DNA of 64,000 nucleotides from a phage, in the sequence record PV730300.1. One strand, written 5' to 3'. This document shows positions 44,057-54,459 of this stretch, in pieces. The translations under genes and the position numbers were made by a program. Position 1 is the stretch's first letter. Each line of letters begins with the position of its first letter. The notes beneath the pieces are model-generated. The model searched no databases. It saw only the letters and a list, made by a program, of their open reading frames with translations, and was not told the DNA's origin.

Positions 44057-44470
44057 ATGGCAACATATTCTAAGACAACCCGATCTACAAGCAACTCTGG
44101 TTATAGTGCAGTATATTTAGAAGATCATTCAACATACTTTGCGTGGTATTTGAAAACAGAGGAATATCCAGATCAAACTTATACGGTAACTTTAGATGGG
44201 GTTGATTACGACATTCGTTTAAGGTGGAACACTAGGGACGAGTCTTGGCAATGTCAAATAGGGCTGTCTGGAGACGATCCAAGTATTACTTTTAAAGTTA
44301 CAAATGGTTTAGATCTTCTTAAACCTTATAAATATCTTGAAAGTGTGCCAGATGGTCAATTATATATAGTAGATACAGTCAAGATTAATGGTCGTCCTGG
44401 GTATACAACTACAGGTCGAGATAAACGTTTTGTATTGGTTTATATTGATAACAAACCTAATCAGGCGTAA
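44057..44470 (+). CDS. baseplate/tail protein (putative)
   Basis: Position in the tail module. Confidence 0.35.
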   Translation: MATYSKTTRSTSNSGYSAVYLEDHSTYFAWYLKTEEYPDQTYTVTLDGVDYDIRLRWNTRDESWQCQIGLSGDDPSITFKVTNGLDLLKPYKYLESVPDGQLYIVDTVKINGRPGYTTTGRDKRFVLVYIDNKPNQA

Positions 44471-44479
44471 GGAGATAAT

Positions 44480-45490
44480 ATGGCAGAAAGAGAGTATACA
44501 AAAGCTCCTGCCCCTAATTTAAACAGGGCATACAAATTATTAATTGGTTCTGCCACAAACACAATACAGAAGAGAACTAAGAACTCGGCATTTAAATCTA
44601 CAGTAGATTTGGATACCAAGTTAGGGACAACAGAAAAATCCTCTTCTAATTTGTATTTGTTGCAAGACCATCAAATAACCTTCAGTATTAAGAAAGATAA
44701 TAACAAAGATCCTAACCAAGCAGAGATTGTAGTTTATAACCTTTCGGATGATACTGTTAACTATATAAACCGTGGTATCCGAAATAACTTGGCTGTTGCT
44801 TTAGCGGTAGGATACGAAGGTGAAGAGTTGGTTATGATCTTCAAAGGAACTATCCAGTGGGTTAGTGATACTTTTGACTCGGTAGACAGGAAAACCACTT
44901 TACACTGTTTAGATGGCGGTATTAACATTGCAGAAGCAAGAACAAGCCGCAGTTATCCAAAAGGAACTAAAATAAAACGTGTTGTGACAGATTTAGTAAA
45001 GGATTTAGGAACTACAGAAGGTAATATACACGTAGATAATGATCAAACCTTATCCTCAGCAACAGCTATGTGTGGAAACACTTCACATTACCTAGAACAT
45101 ATTTGTAAAAGTATTGATCACAATGTGTCAATACAAGATGGATCTGTTTATGTCACTCCTCGTTCACAAATGTCTAGTGCACGTAGCGCCTATATTAGCC
45201 CTGAAACTGGTCTGATAGGAAGTCCAGAACCATTCCACAACGATATAAAACCTACTAAAAAAGTTACCAAGTCCTCTAAGAAGGCAAAGAAACCTACAGA
45301 TGGTGTTAAATTCAAATGCCAAATGAATGGTGCAATATTACCAGAAAAAACAATCTGGTTAAAAAGCCGAGATTATGATGGTCCATTTAAAGTTGTTTCT
45401 GTTTCTCACAATGGTGATAAAGAGGGTAAAGAGTGGGTTACTGAAGTGGAGTGTGTATCCGTGTCTGAAATAATGACTAAGGAGAAATAA
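44480..45490 (+). CDS. baseplate hub-like protein (putative)
   Basis: Position in the tail module. Confidence 0.35.
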   Translation: MAEREYTKAPAPNLNRAYKLLIGSATNTIQKRTKNSAFKSTVDLDTKLGTTEKSSSNLYLLQDHQITFSIKKDNNKDPNQAEIVVYNLSDDTVNYINRGIRNNLAVALAVGYEGEELVMIFKGTIQWVSDTFDSVDRKTTLHCLDGGINIAEARTSRSYPKGTKIKRVVTDLVKDLGTTEGNIHVDNDQTLSSATAMCGNTSHYLEHICKSIDHNVSIQDGSVYVTPRSQMSSARSAYISPETGLIGSPEPFHNDIKPTKKVTKSSKKAKKPTDGVKFKCQMNGAILPEKTIWLKSRDYDGPFKVVSVSHNGDKEGKEWVTEVECVSVSEIMTKEK

Positions 45491-46224
45491 TGGATGCATT
45501 GAATTTTGTCACAGCAATGCGTGGCTTAATGACAGAACAATTAGCAGAAGTCCATACAGCCCTGCCAGTCCGTGTGACTGGTGTTAATTATGGTGCTAAG
45601 ACTGTCACCTTAGAATCTATTGTTAAAAACACACGATCTAGCGAAGATGAAATAGATTACCCTACTTTTGAAGATGTTCCTTTTATGGTTAATGGTGGTG
45701 GGACAGGAAGAATCTCATTCCCTATTAAAGCTGGCGATTTAGGAACTGTTATATTTTCTGAAAGAGATCCTTCTAATGCACTGCAAACTAATGGGGAAAC
45801 CTCTTCATCATCCACTTTTATGCAACCTTGTGGATTATACCCTATTTGTTTTATTCCCAAAATAGCTACAGGAACAGATTCAACAGAAGCTGTAGATTCT
45901 GAAAAGGTAGTTATTTCTAATAACAAAAACACGTACGCTTCTTTCGACCCTACAGGTAATATCTCAATATGGAATAGTCAAGGGATGAAAATAGATATTA
46001 CTACCTCCGGTATTACTATTACAGATGGCACAGGGACTTTGGATCTAAAAGGTGGTAATTTAACTTTCAAAGGCGGCGTGGCAGATATCAATGGTCTTAA
46101 AATAGATCAGAACGGTTTGATGACAGATGGCAATGGCATCGGATTCCATACTCACACGCACACGGTTCGTAACATTCAGAGCGGTAACTCAAGTGCCGAG
46201 TCCTTAAAACCAACAGGAGCCTAA
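45490..46224 (+). CDS. baseplate spike-like protein (putative)
   Basis: Position in the tail module; Gly-rich C-terminus. Confidence 0.35.
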   Translation: MDALNFVTAMRGLMTEQLAEVHTALPVRVTGVNYGAKTVTLESIVKNTRSSEDEIDYPTFEDVPFMVNGGGTGRISFPIKAGDLGTVIFSERDPSNALQTNGETSSSSTFMQPCGLYPICFIPKIATGTDSTEAVDSEKVVISNNKNTYASFDPTGNISIWNSQGMKIDITTSGITITDGTGTLDLKGGNLTFKGGVADINGLKIDQNGLMTDGNGIGFHTHTHTVRNIQSGNSSAESLKPTGA

Positions 46225-46225
46225 C

Positions 46226-46852
46226 ATGGGAATCCCTTTTGACTTAAAACTTGGGCCAAACAACGACCTCATCATGGATGATGGGGATTTGGTCCTCACT
46301 ACAACCAGAACAGAAATTGCAGCACAAACTCTTGGGATAACTCTGAACACGTATCGTGGAGAGTGGTTTTTAAATACTAACTTCGGTGTTCCTTACTTAC
46401 AAGAGATTATTGGTGTTGCTAGAAAGAAAGATATTGTAGACAGAATATTTTTAGCAGAGATTGCCAAAAACGTTTACATAGATACAATAAACAGTTATAA
46501 ATCTGCTTATGATATGGACCAACGTTATTATTCAATGACAGTTATGGTCACAGTTGGAGCAGATACAGTAACATCTATATTCAATACTCAACCTTCTGAA
46601 GAGTTTATTTACCCTGAAGCTGGCGAAGACAATGCAGCGATCATTTGTGAAGCTTACAGTATTGTTGAGAATTCGAATAGACTTTATCGCTTTATCAACT
46701 TTGTTGGTTTGCCACGTGATACCTACTCTACTTGGTGGAATGAATGGTCTACAGAGTCAGCAGTGGAAAGAATCATGGTTAACGAAAAAGGTGATGCATT
46801 AGCTACAAACAATGATTTCGGTATAACAGCTATGACAGGAGTAGAAGAGTAA
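46226..46852 (+). CDS. baseplate wedge protein (putative)
   Basis: Position in the tail module. Confidence 0.35.
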   Translation: MGIPFDLKLGPNNDLIMDDGDLVLTTTRTEIAAQTLGITLNTYRGEWFLNTNFGVPYLQEIIGVARKKDIVDRIFLAEIAKNVYIDTINSYKSAYDMDQRYYSMTVMVTVGADTVTSIFNTQPSEEFIYPEAGEDNAAIICEAYSIVENSNRLYRFINFVGLPRDTYSTWWNEWSTESAVERIMVNEKGDALATNNDFGITAMTGVEE

Positions 46853-47325
46853 TGGCAGATTTAACTACGATCAAAATTTCTGATCTTACACAAACAACCT
46901 CTGTGTCTGATACAGATTTCTTTGTAACAGATCAGGCTGGAATAACAAAGAAAACTTCTTTGAAAGTGCTGTTGAGTGGTGCAGGGGTAACTAGAAACCG
47001 TCTGAATGCACGGGGAACAGTAACTAGCACCTTGGTATTAGATATTAGTTCGGCAGAATATTTTTCAGCAACTTTATCTTCTGCAACGTGCACAATTAGT
47101 TTTACTAATATTCCAGTAGCAACAAATGCAGTTTTAAACTTTACTTTAGCTTTGCGTCAAGGAAGTGGTGCAAATAAAGTCGTATGGCCTTCTTCTGTAA
47201 AATGGAGTTTTGGTCGTTCCCCAGTTTTGAGTTATCGTCAAGGTGCAACAGACACTTTTGAGTTTATCAGTTATGATAATGGAGCAACTTGGACAGGTAG
47301 CTTAGTTTTAGCAGGAGTTATTTAA
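46852..47325 (+). CDS. tail/baseplate protein (putative)
   Basis: ATGA start/stop overlap coupling with neighbours. Confidence 0.35.
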   Translation: MADLTTIKISDLTQTTSVSDTDFFVTDQAGITKKTSLKVLLSGAGVTRNRLNARGTVTSTLVLDISSAEYFSATLSSATCTISFTNIPVATNAVLNFTLALRQGSGANKVVWPSSVKWSFGRSPVLSYRQGATDTFEFISYDNGATWTGSLVLAGVI

Positions 47326-50201
47326 TGTCAAGAGTTAAGCACAATATTGACAACACGTTTCAGTTGATTGAAGGGTTGGTTCAGTTTTTGGAAAGAAATA
47401 CTGGGCTTACCATAGATCCTACGGTTCAGCATTACATTATCAACCCACAAAACGTATTGGCGAACAACAGACACTTTATTAACTGGACAGCGCAGGAAGG
47501 GCAACCAAACGGTGACGCTACTACCGAAGGTCAATCTGTGCTTATCACTGGTTTTGCTTATGCATATTTGGCTACAGGGGATAAAAAATATCTTGAATCT
47601 GCCGAGAAGTATTGGCAAGCCTATATAGATCACTTCTTCGGGGGCCAACCTATTCCTGATCCTCCGGCTAAGTATCGTCCCAACTGGATCATCAATGGTA
47701 AAGAACCACGTTTAGCACATTACCCTCTCACAGATGATGGGTATCCTACGCACGGCGGGTTCAAAGGTAGCATGATGACTTGGATTAACGGAAGGACTGT
47801 TATTCCTAAAGGTGCACCGCATTGGGGGGAATACTTAGATAAAGCTTGGTTTGCTTTCAATGGCAATCTTGGTTGGAACTCCGTTAACGCAACAGTGTAT
47901 GCAACTAACCCAGATGGTTCAACCAACTGGAAAGAATATGGAGATCAGTGGGACGTTGAATGGATTATAGATCGTCTAGGACGTAAAGTTGACTGGGATG
48001 GTAACATTTTATCCACTGGGCATAGCTTTGCAGAATATGGAACAGTGCAACTTAAAAACGCTTCTGTGAACGGTGACTATAAATTCAACTACGCTACATG
48101 CAACCCTGTAGAACACGGTGGATATCTGCTTAAGCGTAATGAGATGTGGCATAACCGTCCTGTAAACGTTCCGGTAGAGTTAGGTTATCAAGACAATGCT
48201 TCCGATGCTGAAACGTGGTGGTGTGATGCAAACTACTTGATGTATCAGATCACAGGAGAGAGAAAATACTGGCTTTGCTGGCAATCTTCTTTATTGTTGT
48301 GTCAAGACTACTCAAACATTGATATGTTTGATAAATTCTTCCGTAGATCTACGACAGCAATAATTCCTTTTACAGATGGTATCTCGTATGATTACTCATA
48401 CCCATCTACAGCAATACCTAAATATTCTCGTGACGAATTAGGATACACAGTAATTCGCCAAGATGTTTCAGCACAAACAACTCTAGAACAACAGGCAGTT
48501 TGGTTCAGAGTAGATCAGAATTCAAAACTGCGTATTGAGTTTCAAGGTGTAGATGATGCAGGGGAAGGTGTTCTTTTCCGTCCAGAGCTAGAATTAAGCA
48601 AAACTAAGAGTGAAACAGACACAGTGACATATCGTTGTGGCTTACCTCTTGGTGCAGCTAATATGACTAAGATGGATATACCTTTATCTAGTTTTATGCG
48701 CACTGAACCTCCTGGAGGTGGTGTATATATTATTGCTGAACCTAGAATCATTGTTGACTGGGGAAGCAATACTGTGATACAATATAAATATGCAACTGGT
48801 ATTGCTGGGACAAATAGTGATCAGATAGTTTCTGCTAATATGGATTCAGATGGTGGTTTTACTATTGGGTTTTGGTTAACACCAACTAAAACAACCAATT
48901 TAAAATCTATTACGTATCGTTCATACGCAGATGATTTTAACATCACTATTACGGATTCCGCAGGTTGGAGATGGTGGGCCATGTTAGAAAAAACAAATTC
49001 TGCATGGGTTACTAAAGCTTTAAGTCCTGCTGATTTCAAATTAAGTACTTGGCAACCTAATCACAATGACACAGAGACAAAACCTTCGTCAATAAACCTG
49101 ACTGCTGTTGATCAGATGAACATTGCATTGGATTCTGAACCTGCAAATGGCTTGACAGGGGCAATCGACTTTTATTGCGTTAACGATATCCCATCTTTGT
49201 ATTCTTCAGCCGCTGGTGATGATTACACAATGTATTTCAGGGTTACAGTTTCATCTGAAAATCCTTATACAGCAAAACTTGGAGATTGTACAATACTGGA
49301 CTACAAACTTGACAGTTTGAATTATACTCCAGGAATCATTCCATTTTCCAATATTAGTGATCCTAACACAGCATTATATGATGGTTGGCGTGGTATTCCT
49401 TACCCAGGTTATCAGTATCCATCCTTATATTGTTTTAAAGGGAGAGATATTGACTGGGTTCGTATGAACAACAGTATAGACTTTTTATATGATTCACAAA
49501 TGTGGTTTTATAATAAGTTTGCCCCTGTAATGCCTGGGCCAATGGCACAAGCTTATGTTTGGGATCGTTGGGATGCTCATAAATATGGAAACAAAAATGA
49601 GTTCACAATGTATCATTGGAACGATAAAGCTTGGGATGGTTATGAAGCAAGAGCATTCTTCTGTGCGTGTCATACGGTATACGAACTAAAGCGACGAGGA
49701 GCCGAAGTTCCTGAAAAACTTTTAACAGTTTGTAAAAACTGGATCAACTATCTGAAATGGTTCCAAGATAACAACGAAGGAAGAACACCAACAATATTTT
49801 ATCCCAATGGAGAAGTGGCTGCGCCTGTAGATGACTTTACAAGTCACATGTCTGCGCTCTTTATGGCGGGATGTGCTATAATGGGGATGGCTGGATATGA
49901 TTCAGAAATTCCTAACATTAAAATAGTAGCAGACCGCTGTTTTGAACTTATTCAGGAAAACTATATTGTTCTTGGTCCTAATCACGTCATGAATGGTTGT
50001 TGGAGTGCTGCTCCTAGACCAGACAGTGATAACGGAGTCTTCTTTGGCTTCCACGCTGGAGAGTTGTTACGTGGTTTTGGGTTGTATGCCTTATACAAAA
50101 AACTTAATCCCCAAAATGCATTACCTGTTTTGGATTCGAGCAATATTCCTGCACTTACTGTTTTGACAATGGCAAACATTAGTGTGGACGTTACCAAGTA
50201 A
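47325..50201 (+). CDS. large virion-associated protein with glycoside-hydrolase-like character
   Basis: 958 aa, very Trp/Tyr/Asp-rich; domain assignment not verified. Confidence 0.4.
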   Translation: MSRVKHNIDNTFQLIEGLVQFLERNTGLTIDPTVQHYIINPQNVLANNRHFINWTAQEGQPNGDATTEGQSVLITGFAYAYLATGDKKYLESAEKYWQAYIDHFFGGQPIPDPPAKYRPNWIINGKEPRLAHYPLTDDGYPTHGGFKGSMMTWINGRTVIPKGAPHWGEYLDKAWFAFNGNLGWNSVNATVYATNPDGSTNWKEYGDQWDVEWIIDRLGRKVDWDGNILSTGHSFAEYGTVQLKNASVNGDYKFNYATCNPVEHGGYLLKRNEMWHNRPVNVPVELGYQDNASDAETWWCDANYLMYQITGERKYWLCWQSSLLLCQDYSNIDMFDKFFRRSTTAIIPFTDGISYDYSYPSTAIPKYSRDELGYTVIRQDVSAQTTLEQQAVWFRVDQNSKLRIEFQGVDDAGEGVLFRPELELSKTKSETDTVTYRCGLPLGAANMTKMDIPLSSFMRTEPPGGGVYIIAEPRIIVDWGSNTVIQYKYATGIAGTNSDQIVSANMDSDGGFTIGFWLTPTKTTNLKSITYRSYADDFNITITDSAGWRWWAMLEKTNSAWVTKALSPADFKLSTWQPNHNDTETKPSSINLTAVDQMNIALDSEPANGLTGAIDFYCVNDIPSLYSSAAGDDYTMYFRVTVSSENPYTAKLGDCTILDYKLDSLNYTPGIIPFSNISDPNTALYDGWRGIPYPGYQYPSLYCFKGRDIDWVRMNNSIDFLYDSQMWFYNKFAPVMPGPMAQAYVWDRWDAHKYGNKNEFTMYHWNDKAWDGYEARAFFCACHTVYELKRRGAEVPEKLLTVCKNWINYLKWFQDNNEGRTPTIFYPNGEVAAPVDDFTSHMSALFMAGCAIMGMAGYDSEIPNIKIVADRCFELIQENYIVLGPNHVMNGCWSAAPRPDSDNGVFFGFHAGELLRGFGLYALYKKLNPQNALPVLDSSNIPALTVLTMANISVDVTK

Positions 50202-50209
50202 GGGGTAAA

Positions 50210-52363
50210 ATGAAACAAGCTATATTTACTGTCACGCGAGACAAGAGAGTAAATGCGAGTTCATTTAACTACACGACTGTTGACGGAACAGCAGTCGCTG
50301 GTAGAGATTATATTGCAAAATCGGGAACACTTGTGTTCCCTGATGATGCTGATTCTGCTACTATTGTGGTTGAAGTATTTGAACGACCAAAGAACTCAAT
50401 AGATCTTAACTTCTCCCTCCAAGTTTCAGGGATTAGTCAAAATAACATGATGGTTGAAACAACCATCAATTGTATTATAACTACTATCCAAGAAAATACT
50501 ACTCCAATAACTTGGACTACAAAAGACGTTAAAATGTTCTCTCCTATGTATTGGACAATAGATTCTCAAGCAACGGAAAGTTGTTCTATTGTATCTCATG
50601 GAGACTCTTTTACTGCAAGATTTGTAAACAGAACAACAGCAGGTTTGGCAGGGGTTATCTGGAGCACAGTTGACAAATATGACCATAAAGGTGTTGGGTA
50701 TTTACCCCACACAGATTTAAGTTCAGAGAAACTTTGGTTTAAAATGGAAATTAGTCAAAACATGCCAGGTTTTAAAGAAGAACCTTTGGTGCCGACTTTG
50801 ACTGTAACCCTCCTGGATAAAAGTGTTCATTATGTCAGTTTAGGATTCTATGCTTCAGATATTTCAGAAGATGGTAAAACAGCCACAATCAAGCTAGATT
50901 TTGGTAATATCTTTTCTGGCCCTAATAATGATATTCCTTTGGATATGAGTGCCGTAGACAATATTTTCTTCTCTTTGATTACAGCAAGGTATGAAAAAAT
51001 AGAGGAGATTGTACCTATTGACAGTCAAGAGGCTTGGTTTACTTTCACTCTTCTTGAACCTACTTCTGGTTATAGTATGATGAAAGTCAGCAACCTTGTC
51101 CAGCCTGAACATGATATTCGCATGTGCACATCTTATGATGATATGTATAACCTGACTCCAGAGAGAGTTATTTATAATACATATGCACTAGGTTATCGTG
51201 GAATGATTAACCATTACAACGGAATGTCTCACTATTATGAGTTCTCATGGAACGGAACATCTTGGGCTTTAAATAGATCTGTTTTCCTGAATCCGGCTAC
51301 AGAAGCTTGGCTTAACAGTTTCCATTCTATAGCTAATGAAAATGGCTACACAATAATGAACTCTTTGAGTTTTGAGTTGATGAGCACAGTTTGTCCTGTT
51401 GAATGGGTCCAGCATGATTGGAACGATGCTCTTGCAGCAACAGGGTATAAGCCTCCTAGTTACGTGTTGTCTCCAACTATTGACGAAGGCATGGAATATT
51501 TGCAAAATGTTATTAACAAAATAGCATCTATTTCTCAAGCTAATAACATTCCAGTCGTCATTCAAATTGGTGAACCTTGGTGGTGGTATAATACAGCAAG
51601 TAAAATGCCTTGCATATACGATTACACTACCAAACTGGCATTCAACACAGAAACTGGCTTATTTGCACAAGATGCAGGAACAATAGATAATTATAAAACA
51701 GGAACGCCGTTTGACGAATACTATGCGTTTTTGTCTCGTAAACTAGGATTAAGAGTTACAAAGTTTGCAACAGACACTAGAGCAACTTATCCAGGAGCTA
51801 AAGTAACATTGCTGCCATTCTTACCATCAATTATCGGCAATGGTTTAATGGAGAAAGTTAACTTTCCGTCTGATTACTACATTCCTGAAGCTTTTGATTT
51901 TTATTGTTCAGAGTGTTACGACTGGCTTCTGGAAGGTAAAATGATGAAAGCATTTGATGCAATTACCATACCACATGAAAAATTAGGTTTTGAATATTCT
52001 GATATTCACTATCTTGCAGGTTTTGTTCCAGATGCTACTCTTGCCCCTTTGTATGGCTTTGATCCTGAATCAAACTACCGCACGTATCTTTGGAAAATGA
52101 TTATAGGTAACATAGTGTTGAACGCCAATAAGTTTGACGGACTTACACAATATATATGGGCCTATCCTCAAATAATGCACGATTCTATCACGGTAGTTAA
52201 TTCTCAATCCCAAGTTTTCTATATGGGTAACGTGCCTTTGAACGCTTATTTACAGGATATCACTCTTAAGCAGGTAAATGTTGAGATTGCCACCCTAAGT
52301 GGAATTACATTAGCCACTAAATCTGGAGAAGATTTAGTAACAACACAAAAATTTTATATATAG
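50210..52363 (+). CDS. large tail fibre / baseplate protein (putative)
   Basis: 717 aa in the tail module. Confidence 0.4.
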   Translation: MKQAIFTVTRDKRVNASSFNYTTVDGTAVAGRDYIAKSGTLVFPDDADSATIVVEVFERPKNSIDLNFSLQVSGISQNNMMVETTINCIITTIQENTTPITWTTKDVKMFSPMYWTIDSQATESCSIVSHGDSFTARFVNRTTAGLAGVIWSTVDKYDHKGVGYLPHTDLSSEKLWFKMEISQNMPGFKEEPLVPTLTVTLLDKSVHYVSLGFYASDISEDGKTATIKLDFGNIFSGPNNDIPLDMSAVDNIFFSLITARYEKIEEIVPIDSQEAWFTFTLLEPTSGYSMMKVSNLVQPEHDIRMCTSYDDMYNLTPERVIYNTYALGYRGMINHYNGMSHYYEFSWNGTSWALNRSVFLNPATEAWLNSFHSIANENGYTIMNSLSFELMSTVCPVEWVQHDWNDALAATGYKPPSYVLSPTIDEGMEYLQNVINKIASISQANNIPVVIQIGEPWWWYNTASKMPCIYDYTTKLAFNTETGLFAQDAGTIDNYKTGTPFDEYYAFLSRKLGLRVTKFATDTRATYPGAKVTLLPFLPSIIGNGLMEKVNFPSDYYIPEAFDFYCSECYDWLLEGKMMKAFDAITIPHEKLGFEYSDIHYLAGFVPDATLAPLYGFDPESNYRTYLWKMIIGNIVLNANKFDGLTQYIWAYPQIMHDSITVVNSQSQVFYMGNVPLNAYLQDITLKQVNVEIATLSGITLATKSGEDLVTTQKFYI

Positions 52364-52371
52364 GAGTAAAA

Positions 52372-54012
52372 ATGTCAACTACAATTACTAATTTACCTGA
52401 AACATCAAAAGTTAATGGTTCTGATTACCTGGTTTTAGACCAACCTGATAAGACTGTTAAAAGCACAGTTTCCAACTTTCTTACTGACACTGGGGTGGTT
52501 TTAGCCACCCAGTTGAAAGATACAGATGGAGCAGGTTTAGTTAACACATCTAGCGGAGATTCAGTCCAAACCGTTATTGATTATCTGATAGATACTGACC
52601 TGGCTCATCTTAGTAATCTGGCTACTGCCAAAGCGTCTACCATTAAAGCCAACAACATTAATATTGCTTATAAATATGGTAATGTTTCTTATCTCTCTAC
52701 CGGCACTACTGGTACGCCTTCAACTGGTAACGCACATACTTTTTATGATGCAACTGGTAAGGGGTTTAAGATAAATGCACCGCAACGGCAGAAAAACACT
52801 TCTGGTGTAATAGCATTCTCGGAAGTATGGACTAAGTTAGATTTAGACCCTACTCTATTCGAAAAAGCAATATCGCTAGGAATTGGTACATTCATGTTCT
52901 ATACCTGGACAGCGCCAGTACAGACATATAAAGATTTCCTCGACCTTGCGAGTATTTACGGATTTGATGTTATTTTACAGGCAGTACCAAATAGTACGTA
53001 TTCATCCGACCTGGACGCGGATTTCGCTAAACTGTCTCCTTTATTCGACCATGACGCTGTAGTAGGGTTATACCTATTCGACGAGCCGAACTTGTCTACA
53101 TACCCTCTTACCCGCCAGGGTGAGATTATTGCTAAAGCGAAAACACTTAGTAACCTACCGCTGTACGCCGCTAGTAATGCAGAAGTTAACGGGGAATCTC
53201 TACCACTCCATATGGATATTGATTACGTATTTACATCCCAGTACGCGCATTTCATAGGTGCAGTTGGTATCCGTCGATACGCTGCCTCTATGTGGTCGGC
53301 TATGGAGGAGGAGGGGATGAGGGCAGGACGTATCATCCCGTTACTAACAGCGTATTGGTATGAGAACGAGGCCCCAACTTTAAAATCCGCACAGATTACA
53401 GCGGTTAATAACTTCATCTGTAAAAACTTTTCTAAGATTGGCATGTGGGCTTTCTATGCTAATAAAAATGGGCACTTTCTGGAAAACGATGACCAGATAT
53501 ATAATCTCGTGAAACAAAGTCTTGCCATCCGCAAGAGTAAAATAAAAGACTGTAAGTTGATACGTACACTATTCCGAAAGGCTAACGCCCTGCCCGCTAA
53601 CTGCTATAAATACCAGACAAAACCAACTGTCGTAGGGGATGTGTTCTGGCTAGATCCTGCATCAACCGCTACATGGAACGACCCCGCAGGAGTTATTCGA
53701 ATTAAGACAGGGGAGCAATTCGCCATAAACTTTGGGCGACCAGTACGTCTGGAGGCGATTATAGCAGCTTTCACCGACAACAACGGTTCAAGTAACAGCG
53801 CCACCCTGTCCCTCACTTTCAACCCAACTATCGCATCTGGTAGGGTGTATGATACTACTGTCACAAAAGTAGGCGGCGGCGATTTTGAGTGGTTTTTTAC
53901 GGATTTATCGAACCCACCACATTTAGTTACTACAGTGGCTATAAAGGTTGTATCGTCTACTGGCTCTGACTATCTGATATTGGAGCGTATTGGTTTTGTA
54001 GTAACTGAGTAA
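52372..54012 (+). CDS. tail protein with possible glycosidase-like domain
   Basis: 546 aa; central region suggestive of a TIM-barrel glycosidase; terminator follows. Confidence 0.4.
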   Translation: MSTTITNLPETSKVNGSDYLVLDQPDKTVKSTVSNFLTDTGVVLATQLKDTDGAGLVNTSSGDSVQTVIDYLIDTDLAHLSNLATAKASTIKANNINIAYKYGNVSYLSTGTTGTPSTGNAHTFYDATGKGFKINAPQRQKNTSGVIAFSEVWTKLDLDPTLFEKAISLGIGTFMFYTWTAPVQTYKDFLDLASIYGFDVILQAVPNSTYSSDLDADFAKLSPLFDHDAVVGLYLFDEPNLSTYPLTRQGEIIAKAKTLSNLPLYAASNAEVNGESLPLHMDIDYVFTSQYAHFIGAVGIRRYAASMWSAMEEEGMRAGRIIPLLTAYWYENEAPTLKSAQITAVNNFICKNFSKIGMWAFYANKNGHFLENDDQIYNLVKQSLAIRKSKIKDCKLIRTLFRKANALPANCYKYQTKPTVVGDVFWLDPASTATWNDPAGVIRIKTGEQFAINFGRPVRLEAIIAAFTDNNGSSNSATLSLTFNPTIASGRVYDTTVTKVGGGDFEWFFTDLSNPPHLVTTVAIKVVSSTGSDYLILERIGFVVTE

Positions 54013-54021
54013 TAATACATT

Positions 54022-54046
54022 CCCCTCTTAGGAGGGGTCTTTTTCT
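54022..54046 (+). terminator. intrinsic terminator
   Basis: CCCCTC-TTAG-GAGGGG hairpin followed by TCTTTTT. Confidence 0.7.
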
Positions 54047-54067
54047 TAGAAAAACAAAGAGGTACTT

Positions 54068-54220
54068 ATGAACGAATTATTCTCCCAAGGCGGTATTGCC
54101 CCAGGTATTACTGCCATTGGTCTTAGTGCTGCCGGAGTATTAGTTCACTCTGCTGGTAATGTGGACCTTGGGGAATTAGCTGCATATCGTGATTTAAAAA
54201 GTAATGAGAACGCACTATGA
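54068..54220 (+). CDS. small membrane protein (50 aa)
   Basis: Unlisted ORF with AAAGAGG ribosome-binding site and hydrophobic core GIAPGITAIGLSAAGVLV; stop overlaps the next start (ATGA). Confidence 0.3.
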   Translation: MNELFSQGGIAPGITAIGLSAAGVLVHSAGNVDLGELAAYRDLKSNENAL

Positions 54221-54459
54221 GAAAATTTTTAATAGGTATGTTCTGTACATATCCTGATAATAAAGTCAGTTCTACGAAAGTCTGGAACGCTGTAGGCATG
54301 TCGGTTATGACAGGCATGTTTATCTTTTTAGGAATAGAAAAAGAAATTCCTGAATGGATGGGTTGGGCTTTTGTTTTCATGATAACTCCTTCTCGCCTCA
54401 TGAAAAATCTTATTGATTTACGCTGGGGCAGATCACAATCTACCAAAGAGGATGACTAA
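54217..54459 (+). CDS. small membrane protein (80 aa, two predicted transmembrane segments)
   Basis: Translationally coupled to neighbours on both sides. Confidence 0.35.
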   Translation: MRKFLIGMFCTYPDNKVSSTKVWNAVGMSVMTGMFIFLGIEKEIPEWMGWAFVFMITPSRLMKNLIDLRWGRSQSTKEDD

